Positions 1-12,054 of a stretch of DNA of 64,000 bases are shown one piece after another (the first letter of the stretch is position 1; the number at the start of each line of letters is the position of its first letter). The stretch covers positions 55,688,464 through 55,752,463 of the forward strand of contig NC_043011.1 in NCBI RefSeq assembly GCF_006345805.1, written 5' to 3'. The translations under genes and the position numbers were made by a program. Source of the stretch: Octopus sinensis. Lineage: Eukaryota. The notes under the pieces are model-generated. The model saw only the letters and a list, made by a program, of their open reading frames with translations, had not been told where the DNA came from and did no database searches.

Positions 1-601
1 GCAAGGGACAGATTGGCACCACTATACATTGACCCAAGCATAACACTGTGTAAAGTGGGAGGTGAACAAGTGCAGATGTGGTGTGTAGAGGATGCTGTCA
101 CTTTGTCGAGGATCTCATCATCTTCCTGGTGCTGCTGTCACCACAATAAAGTAAACCAGTCCAGTCTGTGGTTGAGGAAACCTTTTGGTCTTTTTGAAAA
201 TACGACTGTCCCTCTAGTGCTGGACTCTTGGTGAAATACATTCAGTCCACTCTGTAAAATGGTTGATGTTAAGAAGGGCATCCAACCATAGAAACTATGC
301 CAAAAAATGGATTGCATGAATGCGATGTATATTTTACAGACTAACATTGAGACAATCTGTTAAACATATGTCTGCATGTAAAATAGAAAGGATATATGGT
401 GTGATGTAATTCTAGAAAGAAAGATGAGAAGGTCATGGGCAGAATGCTTTTGATCTAGGGTGACCTGAAGCAAAACGTCAAAATTTGACAATCTAACCGA
501 CAATCATGGCTTTTAATCTACTTGTCAACATTTATGGAGTTTGTAGCTAAAGTGGTGATTGCGTAGAATTTTAGCCAAAAGTGTGTAATCTAACTGATTA
601 A

Positions 602-1005
602 ATCATCATCATCATCATCGTTTAATGTCCGCTTTCCATGCTAGCATGGGTTGGACGATTTTGACTGAGGGCTGGCGAACCAGATGGCTGCACCAGGCTT
701 CAATCTTGCTCTGGCTGAGCTTCTACAGCTGGATGCCCTTCCTAACGCCAACCACTCCGAGAGTGTAGTGGGTGCTCTTATGTGCCACCGGCATGGGGCC
801 AGTCAGGTGGCACTGGCAACGACCTTGCTTGAATCTTTTACACATGCCTCTGGCGTGAGTGCCAGTAAGGCAATGCTGGTAACAATCACGCTCGAATGGT
901 GTTTTTTACGTGCCACCGGCACAGAGGTCAGATAGTCGCTCAGGCAACGATCATGCTCGGATGGTGCTCTTAATGCCCTACTAGCACGGAGCTCGAGTGC
1001 CAGTA
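602..1005 (-). mobile_element. SINE family A ((GAT)n tail, GGAAGGGCATCCAGCTGTAGAAA core, internal ~60-bp tandem units)
   Basis: More than 15 similar copies in the window; tail CCATGCTAGCATGGAAAGCGGACGTTAAAC(GAT)n. Confidence 0.85.
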
Positions 1006-1570
1006 GTGGATATCATTATTTGTATTAAAGTATAGAGATAGGGAACAAAACCTAACCAGAGACTTTATATCAAGTTGGCTGTTCACGGGTCCCCTAATTA
1101 CGCCTTCCATTGTGGTTGTCTAAATCTTTTAGTCCCCATTAGTGTTGATCAAGTAAGTATTAGCAGTACTGTTCCTTCTAAGCAACATGAATGCTTGCTT
1201 GGACACACATTATGAAACAAGCATGCAAAATAAATTAACGTGCACAGAGAGATTAGTTGTCTAAGATAATGTGTTCGTTAATAATGAAATTTATTTCAAT
1301 TTTATACTTGCACAAGCATTTTGTGCACCAGCACAGGGGCCAGTCAGGCAGCACTGGCAATGGCCATGCTCGAATCTTTATAGGGAAGATAATTGTGCAA
1401 CACTGGAATTTTTGCATTCCACAACTTCAAAAATTAAAGGAAGAAGTATTACTCAGTTGTATACAGGGATTGGGTAAAGGTTCCTTACCAATTTTATGGT
1501 ATATTAAGACAGTCATTATGTCAAGAATAACCATGCACACTGGTTCAGTTCCACTTCTTTATTATTATTA

Positions 1571-1972
1571 GGAGAGGCTGTGTGGTAAGTAGCTTGCTTA
1601 CAAACCACATAGTTCCCGGTTTAGTCCCACTGCGTGGCACCTAGGGCAAGTGCCTTCTACTATAGCCTCGGGCTGACCAATGCTTTGTAAGTGGAATTTT
1701 GGTAGATGGAAACTGAAAGAAGCCCATCGTACAGTAGACAACTGAGCAATATATATATATATATTTGTGCATGTGTCTGTGTTTGTCCCTCCACCATTGC
1801 TTCACAACCAATGTTGATGTGTTTACGTCCCTGTAACTTAGCGGTTCAGCAAAAGAGACCGATAAAATAAGTACTAAGCTTGCAAAGAAGAAGTCCCTGG
1901 GTCGATTTCTTCAACTAAAGGCGGTGCTCCAGCATGGCCGCAGTCAAATGACTGAAACAAATAAAAGAATAA
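1571..1972 (+). mobile_element. tRNA-derived SINE family B (central (TA)n(TG)n tract, GTAAAAGA tail)
   Basis: A/B-box-like head TGGCTGTGTGGTAAG...GGTTCAGTCCC; multiple copies. Confidence 0.85.
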
Positions 1973-1975
1973 CAA

Positions 1976-2019
1976 GTACTACTACTACTACCACCACCAC
2001 AACCACCACCACCACCACC

Positions 2020-2060
<41 letters not shown>

Positions 2061-2070
2061 AACGACGACG
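1976..2070. repeat. Compound trinucleotide microsatellite (ACT)n(ACC)n(ACT)n(ACG)n
   Basis: Read directly; explains the poly-S/poly-G ORF 1915..2274. Confidence 0.95.
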
Positions 2071-2072
2071 AA

Positions 2073-2315
2073 GGCAGCGAGCTGGTAGAATTGTTAGCAT
2101 GGTGGACAAAATGTTTAGTGATATTTCGTCTGTCTTATGTTTTGAGTCCAAATTCCATTGGGGTTGATTTTTGCCTTTCATCCTTTCAGGGTTGATAAAA
2201 TGTAGCATTTGGATACCGGAGTTATAGGCACAAGGCCAGCAATTTCCAGGAGGGGTATGAGTCGAATTACCCATACCCGGAAACTGCTGGCCTTGTCCCT
2301 ATAATAGAAAATATT
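2073..2315 (+). mobile_element. tRNA-derived SINE family C (GGCGGCGAGCTGGCAGAATCGTTAGC head), diverged
   Basis: Shares the GACTTTGCCTTTCATCCTTTCGGGGTCGATAAA core with other copies. Confidence 0.75.
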
Positions 2316-2442
2316 GTCATCATCATTATTATTATTATTAGTTATCATGTTAACCATTTAACCAATTAACTAATCTGTTGATTAATCTTTCAGTCAATCG
2401 ATTTGATCAAATTTTTAACCAAATTTTAACCAAATTTTTAAC

Positions 2443-2848
2443 CAGGAGTGGCTGTGTGGTAAGTAGCTTGCTAACCAACCACATGGTTCCAGGTTCAGTC
2501 CCACTGCGTGGCATCTTGGGCAAGTGTCTTCTGCTATAGCCCCGGGCCGACCAATACCTTGTGAGTGGATTTGGTAGACGGAAACTGAAAGAAGCCTGTC
2601 GTATATATGTATATATATATATGTGTGTGTGTTTGTGTGTCTGTGTTTGTCCCCCTAGTATTGCTTGACAACCGATGCTGGTGTGTTTACGTCCCCGTTA
2701 CTTAGCGGTTCGGCAAAAGAGACCGATAGACTAAGTACTGGGCTTACAAAGAATAAGTGCCGGGGTCGATTTGATCGACTAAAGGCGGTGCTCCAGCATG
2801 GCCGCAGTCAAATGACTGAAACAAGTAAAAGAGTAAAAGAGTAAAGAG
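2443..2848 (+). mobile_element. SINE family B
   Basis: Near full-length copy. Confidence 0.88.
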
Positions 2849-3201
2849 TAAATTGACTTATGAATAATAAAAGTGAAATAGAACTAGTGCGCGTGTTTAT
2901 TACTGGCATAATGACCGTCCCGAGATATAACAAAATCTGTTTCAATACCCGAGTACACATCAGGAATCTTGTAAACCAAACACAAAAACGAAATATCCCT
3001 TAGAAAAGAAGTCAAAAGACGGAATGAGAATAGCGTGCAGTGTAAGGGAGATAATTCCTGTTAATCTATCTTTTTCCCGCGTTACGAGGATTTCAGCCTT
3101 CAACTAATGGCTCAGTTTCTTTTCATCATAAAAGTTTAACGTCAGCTTTTGTTGGAAATTTCATCAGTTAATTCACTGATATAATTAAATTATGTAACTT
3201 T

Positions 3202-3623
3202 GAATCTTTTCGGTTTGAACGGCAGTTTTTAACATAATTTCTAGGTAACTAAAAAATTTAAAACTTCGTATACTGGTAAAATGTGTTTATAAGACATCTT
3301 TTTCTCTTGGCTTTATTGAGAAAATTCTATAGTTTGTAAGATATTTGTTGTTTTTTTTTCTTCAATTTCTGCAATTTCAACCATTCAATGACGTCCATTG
3401 AGGTAAAAAAAAAACATTCTGTGCCGTATGAATATGTCCCTCGTTTAAAAACAGATTGGGTTTATTTACATTTGTGAAGAAAAAAAGATACCCTTCCCCA
3501 CACCCTAACCCTAACCTAAAACAGATTGAAATGCCATAGATCGATACTAGGGTCATAATTATGGGTGACAATTTCATATGACACCACTAGATAAAAAAAC
3601 TGCCGTTCAAACCGAAAAGATCC
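3202..3623. mobile_element. MITE with ~29-bp TIRs, Merlin-like
   Basis: TIR (G)GATCTTTTCGGTTTGAACGGCAGTTTTT; TSD gtaacttt/gaaacttt. Confidence 0.8.
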
Positions 3624-4044
3624 GAAACTTTTTAGACAGAATGTCAGAATGTTAAATTTGTACAATCTTCATTCTTTTCTTATTCTATCATTCAACAATA
3701 ACACACACACACACACACACACTTATATCCGTCTGTATGTTTTGCTCGTCGTATAAGGCGATGGCATGGCCATGTGTTAAGAAGTTTGCTTCTCAATCAC
3801 ATGTTTTCGGGTTCAGTCCCACAGCGTGTCGTCTTCGGCAAATGTCTTCCACTATATCCTTGGTCCACCAAAAACCTTTTTGAGTGGATCTGGTAGGCGG
3901 AAACTGAAAGAAGCCCGTCGTATGTAAGTATGTGTGGGTTGGTAGGCACCTTGGTGTGTATGTCTGTAAAAACACGTTTACATTAATCTGAACGGTTACT
4001 CACAGTACAAATTTCTTCTTCTTTTTTTTTAGTTTCTGCCAGCT

Positions 4045-4056
4045 GTGTGTGTGTGT

Positions 4057-4094
<38 letters not shown>

Positions 4095-4127
4095 TGTGTG
4101 TGTGCGTGTATGTGTGTGTGTGTGTGT
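4045..4127. repeat. (GT)n microsatellite
   Basis: Read directly. Confidence 0.95.
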
Positions 4128-4279
4128 TGTGATAATTGGAAGCGAGTGTCACCGTCTTTCCATCAGTTTTCTTTCTTTTTAAATCTGTATAAGCATGTTT
4201 GGGCGATTTTTCGATACTAGTAACATAACTGTCACTTATAAACCACGTGGGTTTATTTACATTTCTGAAGATATATATA

Positions 4280-4670
4280 GGCGCAGGAGTGGCTGTGTGG
4301 TAAGTAGCTTGCTAACCAACCACATGGTTCCGGGTTCAATCCCACTGCGTGGCATCTTGGGCAAGTGTCTTCTGCTATAGCCCCGGGCCGACCAATACCT
4401 TGTGAGTGGATTTGGTAGACGGAAACTGAAAGAAGCCTGTCGTATATATGTATATATATATATATGTATGTGTCTGTGTTTGTTCCCCTAGCATTGCTTG
4501 ACAACCGATGCTGGTGTGTTTACGTCCCCGTCACTTAGCGGTTCGGCAAAAAGAGACCGATAGAATACGTACTGGGCTTACAAAAAGAATAAGTCCCGGG
4601 GTCGAGTTGCTCGACAAAAGGCGGTGCTCCAGCATGGCCGCAGTCAAATGACTGAAACAAGTAAAAGAGA
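4280..4670 (+). mobile_element. SINE family B nested in a Merlin-like MITE
   Basis: Full-length copy immediately inside the left TIR. Confidence 0.88.
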
Positions 4671-4792
4671 ATATATATCTATATATATGTACATACATAC
4701 ACTGCGCACTGTAACCTTTTGAATTAAAGGTACACTCACAAGATAGATGTCAACCCAGTGACCCCTGCTCACGATGTCACGCAGTATATGTA

Positions 4793-4796
<4 letters not shown>

Positions 4797-4853
<57 letters not shown>
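4797..4853. repeat. (AT)n microsatellite
   Basis: Read directly. Confidence 0.95.
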
Positions 4854-4855
<2 letters not shown>

Positions 4856-5125
4856 TCAGAAATGTAAATAAACACACGTGGTTTATAAGTGACAGATATG
4901 TTACTAGTATCGAAAGATCGCCCATGTTTGTTTATGAGGAGTGGTGGTGCTGATGATGAGGATATTATTACTTTGTCTGGAAACAAGTGTGAGTGGCAGG
5001 AAGGGCATCTGATCGTAGAAAAATCTGCTTCAACAAATTCCGTCTGACCCACAGAACCATGGAAAATGATATAAAAAATGATGATGATTTTATACAAATA
5101 TCAATCACTTATTTTTTATGTCCTC

Positions 5126-5167
<42 letters not shown>

Positions 5168-5672
5168 GCTTCTGATATTAACTGATTGGAAGTGTTATCA
5201 TGTACAATGTTTTGTCTTGGTATATAAGATGGGTTTTACAGCATATATTCTGCTCAACATTAAGTTTGACCTTAATCAGTTGTGCATGTCCCTTAGTGGC
5301 TGACGATATGTGCATCTCTGATTACGAGCAGAAGTAGTGGGGGAGCATCATAGCCATGTGTTGAGAGGGATTCTTTGGGGTTTGAATAATTCACCTCTGG
5401 AAACATGGGTGGTTCTTTCAATATCCCTAAACAACCCTTATTCAGGGACCTTTTGAGCGGGATAGGATACTCGATCAGAAGAAAATTCTAACTAGGCCCC
5501 ACCTGCAAGGTCATGTGCTGTTTATCTTGATATGAGATCACCATGTCACGCACACATGGTTGTGATGCATGTACCTAGCGTACCCTTATCAGACGGGTAG
5601 TCATGATGGGTATACTGGGCTTCGTATATTTTACCCCAGTGTCACTTTGATGGCATGCACTGCTCTCTCACT
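5168..5672. repeat. Unclassified ~500-bp repeat-like segment bounded by (AAT)n arrays
   Basis: More GC-rich than flanks, no credible ORF, (AAT)n at 5127-5167 and 5673-5715. Confidence 0.5.
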
Positions 5673-5673
5673 C

Positions 5674-5715
<42 letters not shown>

Positions 5716-5719
<4 letters not shown>

Positions 5720-6135
5720 GTCTGGGAAGCGAACAGTGTATGAGTCAGACACATGCTTGCGTGTGTATGGAGGGGAGAAAATCAGGTGTAGTGTTGGAGA
5801 ATCTCAGGAAGCATGGAAGTTTTGAAGGATGCAGTGCTCCGACAACTAACAACCGATGCCGGCAATTTGTTCCATGCTTCAGCAACTCTTAGCATGAAAA
5901 AATGTTTCCTGAAGTCATGGGAGCTGTGCTGTTTTCTTACTTTGTAAATATGTCCACGGGTGTTAGACAGGTGGAGTTTGAAAAGGTGCTCAGAGTTATT
6001 GTTAATAAGATGGTTAATAATTTTATGGGTGTCTGCCAAGTCAGCTGCCAGACGTCGGAGTTTCAATGTGTCCATGCCCAGGGAAGTAAGGCGTTCAGAA
6101 TATGGCAAATGCCTGATGGAGGGTATTCTCTTGGT
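5716..6135 (-). mobile_element. CR1-group LINE 3' fragment (ORF2 C-terminus)
   Basis: PYSERLTSLGMDTLKLRR...NTRGH..K..HFF.LRV.EAWNKLP. Confidence 0.9.
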
Positions 6136-6573
6136 ATCATCTAAATGCTCTCCTTACTGTCCAGGCATGAGTTATGTGCAGTTTATTATTTTATATCCAT
6201 TCTTCTAACATCAGAGGAATTGTCGTTTTGTTTCCCGTAGCAAATATTTTACAGCAGCAAAATTCTTTTGCTACTTCAGAGACGACATATTTCAATGAAA
6301 ATCATTAAAAGTAAAGTACGAAGTGGGTTATAAAACAATATTGATAGATGACAAACATTCTTATTTTCTGGACATATTTCGACCCTACTTGCCAAAATAA
6401 TGATCAAATTATCATTAAATAAGTCTGACAAAATTTTATCTGAAACTAAAACAATTTAAAATTCAAATTTATTCAGAAAGAGAAACAGGAGTTATTTCCC
6501 TTTACATTTTTCTTTTCCTTTTCATCTAATTTCAGCTCACGAGTTGTGGCCATGCTGGGGCACCACCATTAAG

Positions 6574-6823
6574 TAAAAATAAATGCGCCCTTTTAAAGCC
6601 TAGCCAGGTTCGTGGGCCCAGTTGTTTCAATGGCTTATGTGTTCCCCAGCTGGACGGGACGCCAGGTCATCGCAGCATTACTAATTTTTGCCAGCTGAGT
6701 GGACTGCAGCAATGTGAAAATGAAGTGTTTTGCTCGAGAACACAATGCGTCGCCCGGTCCAGGAATCGAAACCACAATCTTACGATCATGATGCCGACAC
6801 CTTAACCACTAAACCACGAGCCT
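6574..6823 (-). mobile_element. tRNA-derived SINE family E
   Basis: tRNA-like head GTGGTTTAGTGGTTAAGGTGTCGGC...GGTTTCGATTCCTGG; highly similar to 60650-60903. Confidence 0.82.
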
Positions 6824-7099
6824 TACAGTCGACATTAAAAAAAAACAAAAAAAAACTTCAATACAATTAGTCTTTGTAATTTTCCGAAAATAGTAATTAA
6901 CCAACGATTGTTAATGTGAAACTAAATTGAATTCTACGAAAAAACCCCAAAAACTTTGAGTCATTCGGGAACTAAGTATAGAATTCTGTTGATTAAAATA
7001 TCGTGTAAGTGGGGTGCCATATCTTTGCATGTCTCGCCAGGTTTGGCAATGGAATAAATTGCAGGAATATCAATTAGTAAAAGAGTTCACAAATAACAA

Positions 7100-7400
7100 A
7101 GATTGGATCTTTCCTCTTTGAACTGTCTCTCTTGATTTTATTGAAATTTTCTACCCATTGAGAAGTCACAGCTCTGGTACTACAGACTCGTCTTTAGAAT
7201 GGTTCAGTAACAGACTGCAAGACAAATTCTTCAAAGCAAGCCAACTGGCAGGAGACTAAGAAATACACAAAGAACAAGGTGGTTGGATTAATATCCATAC
7301 TCTTAGGTTGGTCACATTTGAGAATCCAGCAGGAGACCGGCAGATATTTCTTAGAGGACACTAGGGCGAAGGTGCATGAGGACTACCCTTAGAAACATCA
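7100..7400 (+). mobile_element. Old RTE 3' fragment
   Basis: Disrupted frame SQLWYY..FRMVQ*QTARQILQSKPTGRR..RTRWLD. Confidence 0.55.
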
Positions 7401-7935
7401 CACCCCCATCCAGTGGTTCCAAACCGATTTTTGGCCATGCCCCACCGAATCATTTCTAAAATCCTGATGCCCTCTTGTGATATTTAATTATTGTTATTCA
7501 AAATTTGTTGAATGTTTACAATATTACCTGGAAACAATATAAAATAAATATAGTACAACAGATGTGAAAAAAAATTGTAGGAAACGATTATGAAAACAAA
7601 AAGGGGAACGCAATGGAGGTGATGAGGACTTTGGAAAATTCACAAGATTAGAGTTTTTCTCTCATAACTTTTAGGAAAATTCTTTTTTAGAATTAAATTT
7701 TATATAAATACCTTTCAGCTGGCATAGATTACGATTATAAAGAAATTTGTGGGAAATCTTTTCCAAGGTGTGGAGAGAGGACTTCGGAAAATTCACAAGA
7801 TCCGAGTTTTTCGCCCACAACTTGGTGACAGTTCATCGTGGACAGCGGGTGTAAATCCAAAGTTTTAAATATTCCTCTGAATATTGACCAACTCTTTTTG
7901 ACTTGCATGACCCATTTTATGTATTTTTGAATCGG

Positions 7936-9085
7936 TATAACTACAGATTTCTGCGCTCCCGACTTTTTATGATCAATACTTTCAGAAAAATGAATATTCT
8001 TAATGAGATTGCCTACGAATATGTGTTATATCATGTAGATTTCGAATATACAAAATTTGGCGGGGAAAAGTATTTTAGGAGGGAGTTAGAGTGGGGAATT
8101 TCGGAAAATTAACCGGAGTTTAATTCGTCTTAACTTTCAAGAAAATTGATATTTTTTAATGAAATTCTCTACGAATATACCTCGAACTATGTAGATTCCG
8201 AGGACATAATAATTTTAGGGGAAAACCATTGGGGGCTAATTTTGAGAACTGTTCCCCACTCGCGGGTGTTTCTGAATAAGTCGTCCATATTTGTTTTATT
8301 TTCTCCGTTTTGTGCGTTTGGACATCCGTAGATTCCCCCCCCCCCACACACACATACACATGTAATTAAAAAAGTTCAAACGAGGAATTATTCCATTCAA
8401 TATCATGTTTATTATAGAAATTATGTAACAAATTATGCTTTACACTTCTATATTTAACTGTGCGTGTATATTCCCTATTTTTGCTTCTGGTGTCTTCTGC
8501 TTTTCTAATAGAAACGTTTACCTGGGAATTTACTTAAAGAGAATAAAAATCGTATGCAACAGATAATTCGTCTCAATAACATATTTCTGTGTATCAGACC
8601 TTTAGCTTTTTTTTTTTTTTAAGCATAACGAGTTTTCTGGTGAGGGTTTCGTTTGCCTTCAATTGCTTGTTTGTTGCTTCAGCAGAAATCTTCGGATGCA
8701 GAAACGGAGAAGACGAAGCAAATATGGACGACTTGTTCAGAAACACCCACGAATGAGAAACAGTTCTCAAAATTAGCCCCCAATTGTTTTCCTAAAAAAT
8801 TCCTATGTCCTCGGAATCTACATAGTCTGAGGTATATTTGAAGAGAATTTCATTAAAAATTATCCATTTTCTTGAAAGTTAAGACGAATTGAAGTGGACT
8901 CCGGTGAATTTTCCGAAATTCCCCACCCTAACGCCTCCTAAAACACTTCCCCCCACAAAATTTTTATATATTTGGAATCTACATTATATAACACATATTC
9001 GTAGACAATTTCATTAAAAGATATCCATTTTTCTGAAAGTTATAATCGTCCAAGGTCAGGGATGGTGCGGAAATCTGTAGTTATA
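7936..9085. mobile_element. Foldback element with ~394-bp modular inverted arms
   Basis: Arms 7936-8329 and 8692-9085; ends TATAACTACAGATTT / AAATCTGTAGTTATA; internal sub-repeats. Confidence 0.75.
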
Positions 9086-9102
9086 ATAATAATAATAATA
9101 AT

Positions 9103-10275
9103 TGGGTAGTGCTCAGGTGCACTACAACTCATCTAAAGTGTATATATAATCAGGTGTAGTTTCGGCGGATTTTGGAAAGCATGAGGGCCGTAAAGGATGC
9201 AGTGTCATGGCAGTCAACAACTGACGCAGGCAGTTTATTCCATGCTTCAGCAACTCTGAGCGTGAAAAAATGTTTCCGAAAGTCATGGGAGCTGTGTTGT
9301 TTTCTGACTTTGTAGGCATGTCCACGTGTGTTAGACACATGGAGATCAAAAAGGTGTTCAGTGTTGTTGTTGGTGAGGTGGTTGATAACTTTGTGGGTGT
9401 TTACCAAGTCCGTTGCCAGACGCCGGAGCTTCAGTGAATCCATGCCCAGGGAAGCAAGGTGCTCAGAATATGGTAGGTGTCTGATGGAGGGTATGCGTTT
9501 GGTTGCACGTCTCTGGACAGATTCCAGGAGGTCAATGTTCTGAGCAAGATAGGGGTTCCAAACTGATGATGAGAATTTCAAGTGTGGTCGTACCATAGCT
9601 GTATACAGTTTTAAATAGATGGCTGGAGAGCGGCTAACAAAAGTCTTGCTGAGTGATGCCAAGACACCCTCGGCCTTCTTGACAATTTTAGAGATATGCT
9701 TTGTCCAACGCAAATCACTGCTGACAGTGATGCCTAGGTCACGCTCACAAGAGGATTTCTTGATATCAGTGTTGTGGAGGGAGTATGTGGACGCAGGGTT
9801 TTTTTTCTCCCAAAATGCATGGTGGTACACTTGTCCACAGCCAGTTTCAGTTGCCAGTCTGTGATCCATTGCTGCATTGTGTCTAGGTCTGATAGCAGGA
9901 AAGAGTTGTAGACATCAGGATCTGTTCTCTTGATTTCAAGGTACAGCTTGATGTCGTCTGCATATTTCAATACTGTGGCATTCTTTAAATTGGCATCTAT
10001 GTCATTAATGTATACCACAAACAAGAGGGGACCAAGGACAGATCCCTGTGGTACACCCGATGACATCTCATATGGTGTAGAGTGCTGTCCTAGAACTGTG
10101 ACTACCTCCTTTCGGCTGAGAATGAAGGATTTCAACCAGTTAAAAAGGTCATCCCCTACACCCATTGCAGAGAGTTTCACCATAAGCCTTTTGTGTGGCA
10201 CAGAGTTGAAAGCCTTAGCAAAGTCAAGGTAGACAACATCCACCCATGAGCCACTGTCAGTGATCTGAGTAATAT
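9103..10275 (-). mobile_element. 5'-truncated CR1-group LINE with reverse transcriptase
   Basis: VVYLDFAKAFNSVPH, SGVPQGSVLGPLLF, YADD; ORFs 9734-10321 and 9150-9869 joined by one frameshift. Confidence 0.93.
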
Positions 10276-11121
10276 ATATTGGACGGTTCGACCGGGGTCT
10301 GGTAAGCCATAAAGGCTGCACCAGGCTCTAGTCTGATGAGGCAGTGTTTCTACAGCTGGATGCCCTTCCTAACGCCAACCACCGTGAGTGTAGTATTTGT
10401 GTATATAAAAATGTATTCTTGCCATAAAGAGATGTTAAGGTTCAAACCTTAGACTGCAGAGTACATACACCTGGCAAGCTGACGATGTCAGTTTTATCTG
10501 TGTTCTTCAGTATTCAAGTCATGTGGAAGGAATTGCAAGCAATTTATGGACATCGACAACATTTTGGCTGCTAGTGTGAGTTTGACATTAATTACAGAAA
10601 ACTTACTTCGCCGTTAGATGACGCGTATGAGTAGAATTAATTTATAAGCTGTTTGGTTTCTTGCGTAAATAACGTTGTTTATATATCGTCACCCGAGACT
10701 AATTAAACATAAAATGAGTTAGAACGAGCCAAAGACCAAGATTTTCGCCAACCCAAAAAGTAGGGGAGACAACTCCAAGAATATTTTCGGTCTTATTTTG
10801 ACTGCTTCAATGGTAGTTTACAGTGTACTTGTCTCGAATAATGATTAAAGAATTGATAATTAAACGTTGGACATTTACTGGGCATAGAAAAATAGAATTG
10901 CCGAGCAATGGTGGGTTTCCATAAGTTGTTCACAATGTGACAAGTAACCATAACTTCTTCAGGCTTGGTGATGATCATACTATTAAACATGTTGGAAAAC
11001 AGAAATAAGGAGTTTTTGATGGATCTTCAAGAAAAAAAATCTATTTATATTGAGAGACAGTGGCGTAGCTAGGGGTGGGGGCACCACTTTTGGATCTGCT
11101 GTAGGCAATATGTACTTTTTG

Positions 11122-11310
11122 TGGGTGAAATGCATAGCCGTATTTCGTCTGCCGTTACGTTCTGAGTTCAAATTCCACCGAGATCGACTTTGCCTTTCAT
11201 CCTTTCGGGGTCGATAAATTAAGTACCAGTTACGCACTGGGGTCGATGTAATCGACTTAATCCGTTTGTCTGTCCTTGTTTGGCCCCTTGTGGGTAGTAA
11301 AGAAATATAT
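11122..11310 (+). mobile_element. SINE family C
   Basis: Core and AAAGAAAT tail. Confidence 0.8.
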
Positions 11311-11676
11311 ATGTATGTGTGTGTCTGTGACTGAACCTCTCCCCACCGCTTGACAACTGGTGTTGGCATGTTTATGTTCCTGTAACTTAGTGGATTGGCA
11401 AAGAGATCGATAGAATAAGTACAGGATTTTAAAAAAAAATGAACTCCAGGGGGTCAATTCATTAACCTAAATTTTCTCCAAGGCGGTGCCCCAGCATGGC
11501 CACAGACTAATGACTGAAACAAGAAAAATATAAAAGTTAAAGGAGCAATTTTTGAATTTTTAAAAGATCAACAATGATGAGGGATGAATTCAGGATGTTG
11601 AGCTTTACTTTGAATGAGAGGGGGGGAGAGAGAGAGAGAGAGAGAGAGAGAGTAAATAAATAAACAATAAATAGTT

Positions 11677-11682
11677 TTTATT
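11677..11682 (-). terminator. Candidate LYRM7 polyadenylation signal AATAAA
   Basis: TTTATT on + strand ~270 nt past the stop, followed on the minus strand by T-rich and (TC)n sequence. Confidence 0.45.
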
Positions 11683-11950
11683 AGGAAAAAATCCCAAATT
11701 TGTTCATGTTTACAATTGTTAATGTCTGACACGAAAGACTTGCAAGTGAAAAGAAAACAGAGTCCAGGGTTGGTGTAAAATGAAACCTCATGGAATAACA
11801 TCAAATAAACCAGAGGAAGTCTCTCTATTTTCATATTCTAACAACTTAGGTTATCATGAAAGAATCAAGAATCTTCAGAGTTTGTCTTAGAGTCAGATAT
11901 GATGCAATCAACGAATTAAGACCACGATGTCTCCATGTTAAAAGGGTCGG

Positions 11951-12054
11951 TCAACTTGAAGACTTCTTCTTGCCTCTTTTGAACTCTGGTATTTTGGCAT
12001 CTGGTTTGAAGGGGTAGTTAGTGTCTTTGAAGGTATCGTCAGTGATTTTTGCCT
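11951..12054 (-). CDS. LYRM7: LYRM7 coding exon 5 (KAKITDDTFKDTNYPFKPDAKIPEFKRGKKKSSS*)
   Basis: gcatttcag|AG GCA...TGA; phase 1; tail of track ORF 11951..12136. Confidence 0.88.

Larger units (their letters stand above)
4202..4922. mobile_element. MITE with ~78-bp TIRs, GG...CC ends and 8-bp TSD (Merlin-like)
   Basis: TSD CATGTTTG at 4194-4201 and 4923-4930; 3 mismatches between TIRs. Confidence 0.85.

Noticed and set aside
684-935. Many 60-140 aa track ORFs (also 22381-22803, 28119-28517, 35161-35559, 47507-47914)
   Set aside because: They are translations of SINE copies or microsatellites and recur wherever the repeat does; only small parts overlap real exons.
2930-2985. Hammerhead-like CTGATGT...GAAAC on the minus strand
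   Set aside because: Core mismatch, weak stem II and no palindromic stem III.
3500-3520. Interstitial telomere (CCCTAA repeats)
   Set aside because: Only 2-3 units, and an internal part of the MITE (also at ~48695).
10470-10625. Minus-strand exon(s) near a perfect GTAAGT donor at ~10605
   Set aside because: No open frame or partner exon found, and the implied intron is too short.
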